DNA of 64,000 bases. Source: Candidatus Aenigmatarchaeota archaeon (GTDB lineage Archaea; Aenigmatarchaeota; Aenigmatarchaeia; JACPZZ01). The stretch lies in assembly GCA_016180965.1 (NCBI GenBank), contig JACPAF010000001.1, positions 223,513 through 287,512 of the forward strand, written 5' to 3'. Below are positions 63,797 through 64,000 of this stretch, one piece after another (the first letter of the stretch is position 1; the number at the start of each line of letters is the position of its first letter). A program made the position numbers and the translations under genes. The notes beneath the pieces were generated by a model. The model saw nothing but the letters and a program-made list of their open reading frames with translations. It made no database searches and had not been told where the DNA came from.

Positions 63797-64000
63797 TTAC
63801 CTCATAACCGCTTCTTCCTGCGGGTATGTTACCAGGCCTTTGTCGGTGATTTCGTACGGGTGTATCTTTTTAGAATGGTTTGTGGCGCGCATTTTCCATA
63901 TAGTTATTGCGCGTGTGAAAGTGGTCTCGGTTTTGAAATAATAAAGCACTACAACGCTGTCGCTGATAAATTCTTCGACCCCGAAGCGTGAGATGCCGGT
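63797..64000 (-). CDS. KaiC/RecA-superfamily ATPase, C-terminal fragment (FlaH-like?), truncated by window end
   Basis: ...VVVLYYFKTETTFTRAITIWKMRATNHSKKIHPYEITDKGLVTYPQEEAVMR* matches the KaiC/FlaH C-terminal pattern (LR..K.RG..H....Y.I...GI). Confidence 0.45.
   Translation of the reverse strand, partial: TGISRFGVEEFISDSVVVLYYFKTETTFTRAITIWKMRATNHSKKIHPYEITDKGLVTYPQEEAVMR

Noticed and set aside
1-64000. CRISPR arrays, rRNA genes and additional tRNAs
   Set aside because: No regularly spaced direct repeats were found. The only T-loop/acceptor combination that folds is the tRNA-Arg at 46908-46981, and the hairpin repeats are palindromic rather than direct repeats with spacers.

Overview
This 64 kb window is archaeal, about 45% GC, compact, and frequently uses TTG/GTG start codons. 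Archaeal marker genes (aTrm56, NMN adenylyltransferase, archaeal phosphoglycerate mutase, FEN-1, aEF-1beta, Pus10, L21e-RpoF, CarS, geranylgeranyl reductase, Pth2, SRP54/FtsY, prefoldin) point to a small-genome, possibly DPANN-like archaeon; that lineage guess is inference. Housekeeping blocks lie at 1-8.3 kb and 37.6-58.2 kb. They include thrS, ftsZ, dph5, nadM, the AMP phosphorylase + ribose-1,5-bisphosphate isomerase pair, lipid genes, SRP components and one tRNA-Arg(GCG). Between and after them lie three accessory regions. (i) 8.3-15.2 kb holds a tandem family of five paralogous proteins with basic RGGF/RRGY tails, interrupted by an active/degenerate nucleotidyltransferase gene pair and a solitary IS200/IS605 tnpB. 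(ii) 15.2-37.6 kb begins with two tandem arrays of paralogous membrane proteins. It continues with a roughly 16 kb type IV pilus-like locus: an N-terminally extended FlaI/PilB-type ATPase, a platform protein and 14 consecutive pilin-like genes. These include 504 aa and 904 aa pilin-like proteins and a recurring Cys-Gly-Cys C-terminal module. (iii) 58.2-64 kb holds five tandem pilin genes (one disrupted at the end of a 99 nt perfect repeat), a platform protein encoded as two TadB/TadC-like genes, and a KaiC-like ATPase fragment. ftsZ and fen1 each carry an apparent frameshift at a homopolymer, and a family of short intergenic hairpins ('GAAGCATAYCG...CGRTATGCTTC' followed by 'TTCTAGCTAC') recurs at several loci. 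No rRNA genes or CRISPR arrays are present.
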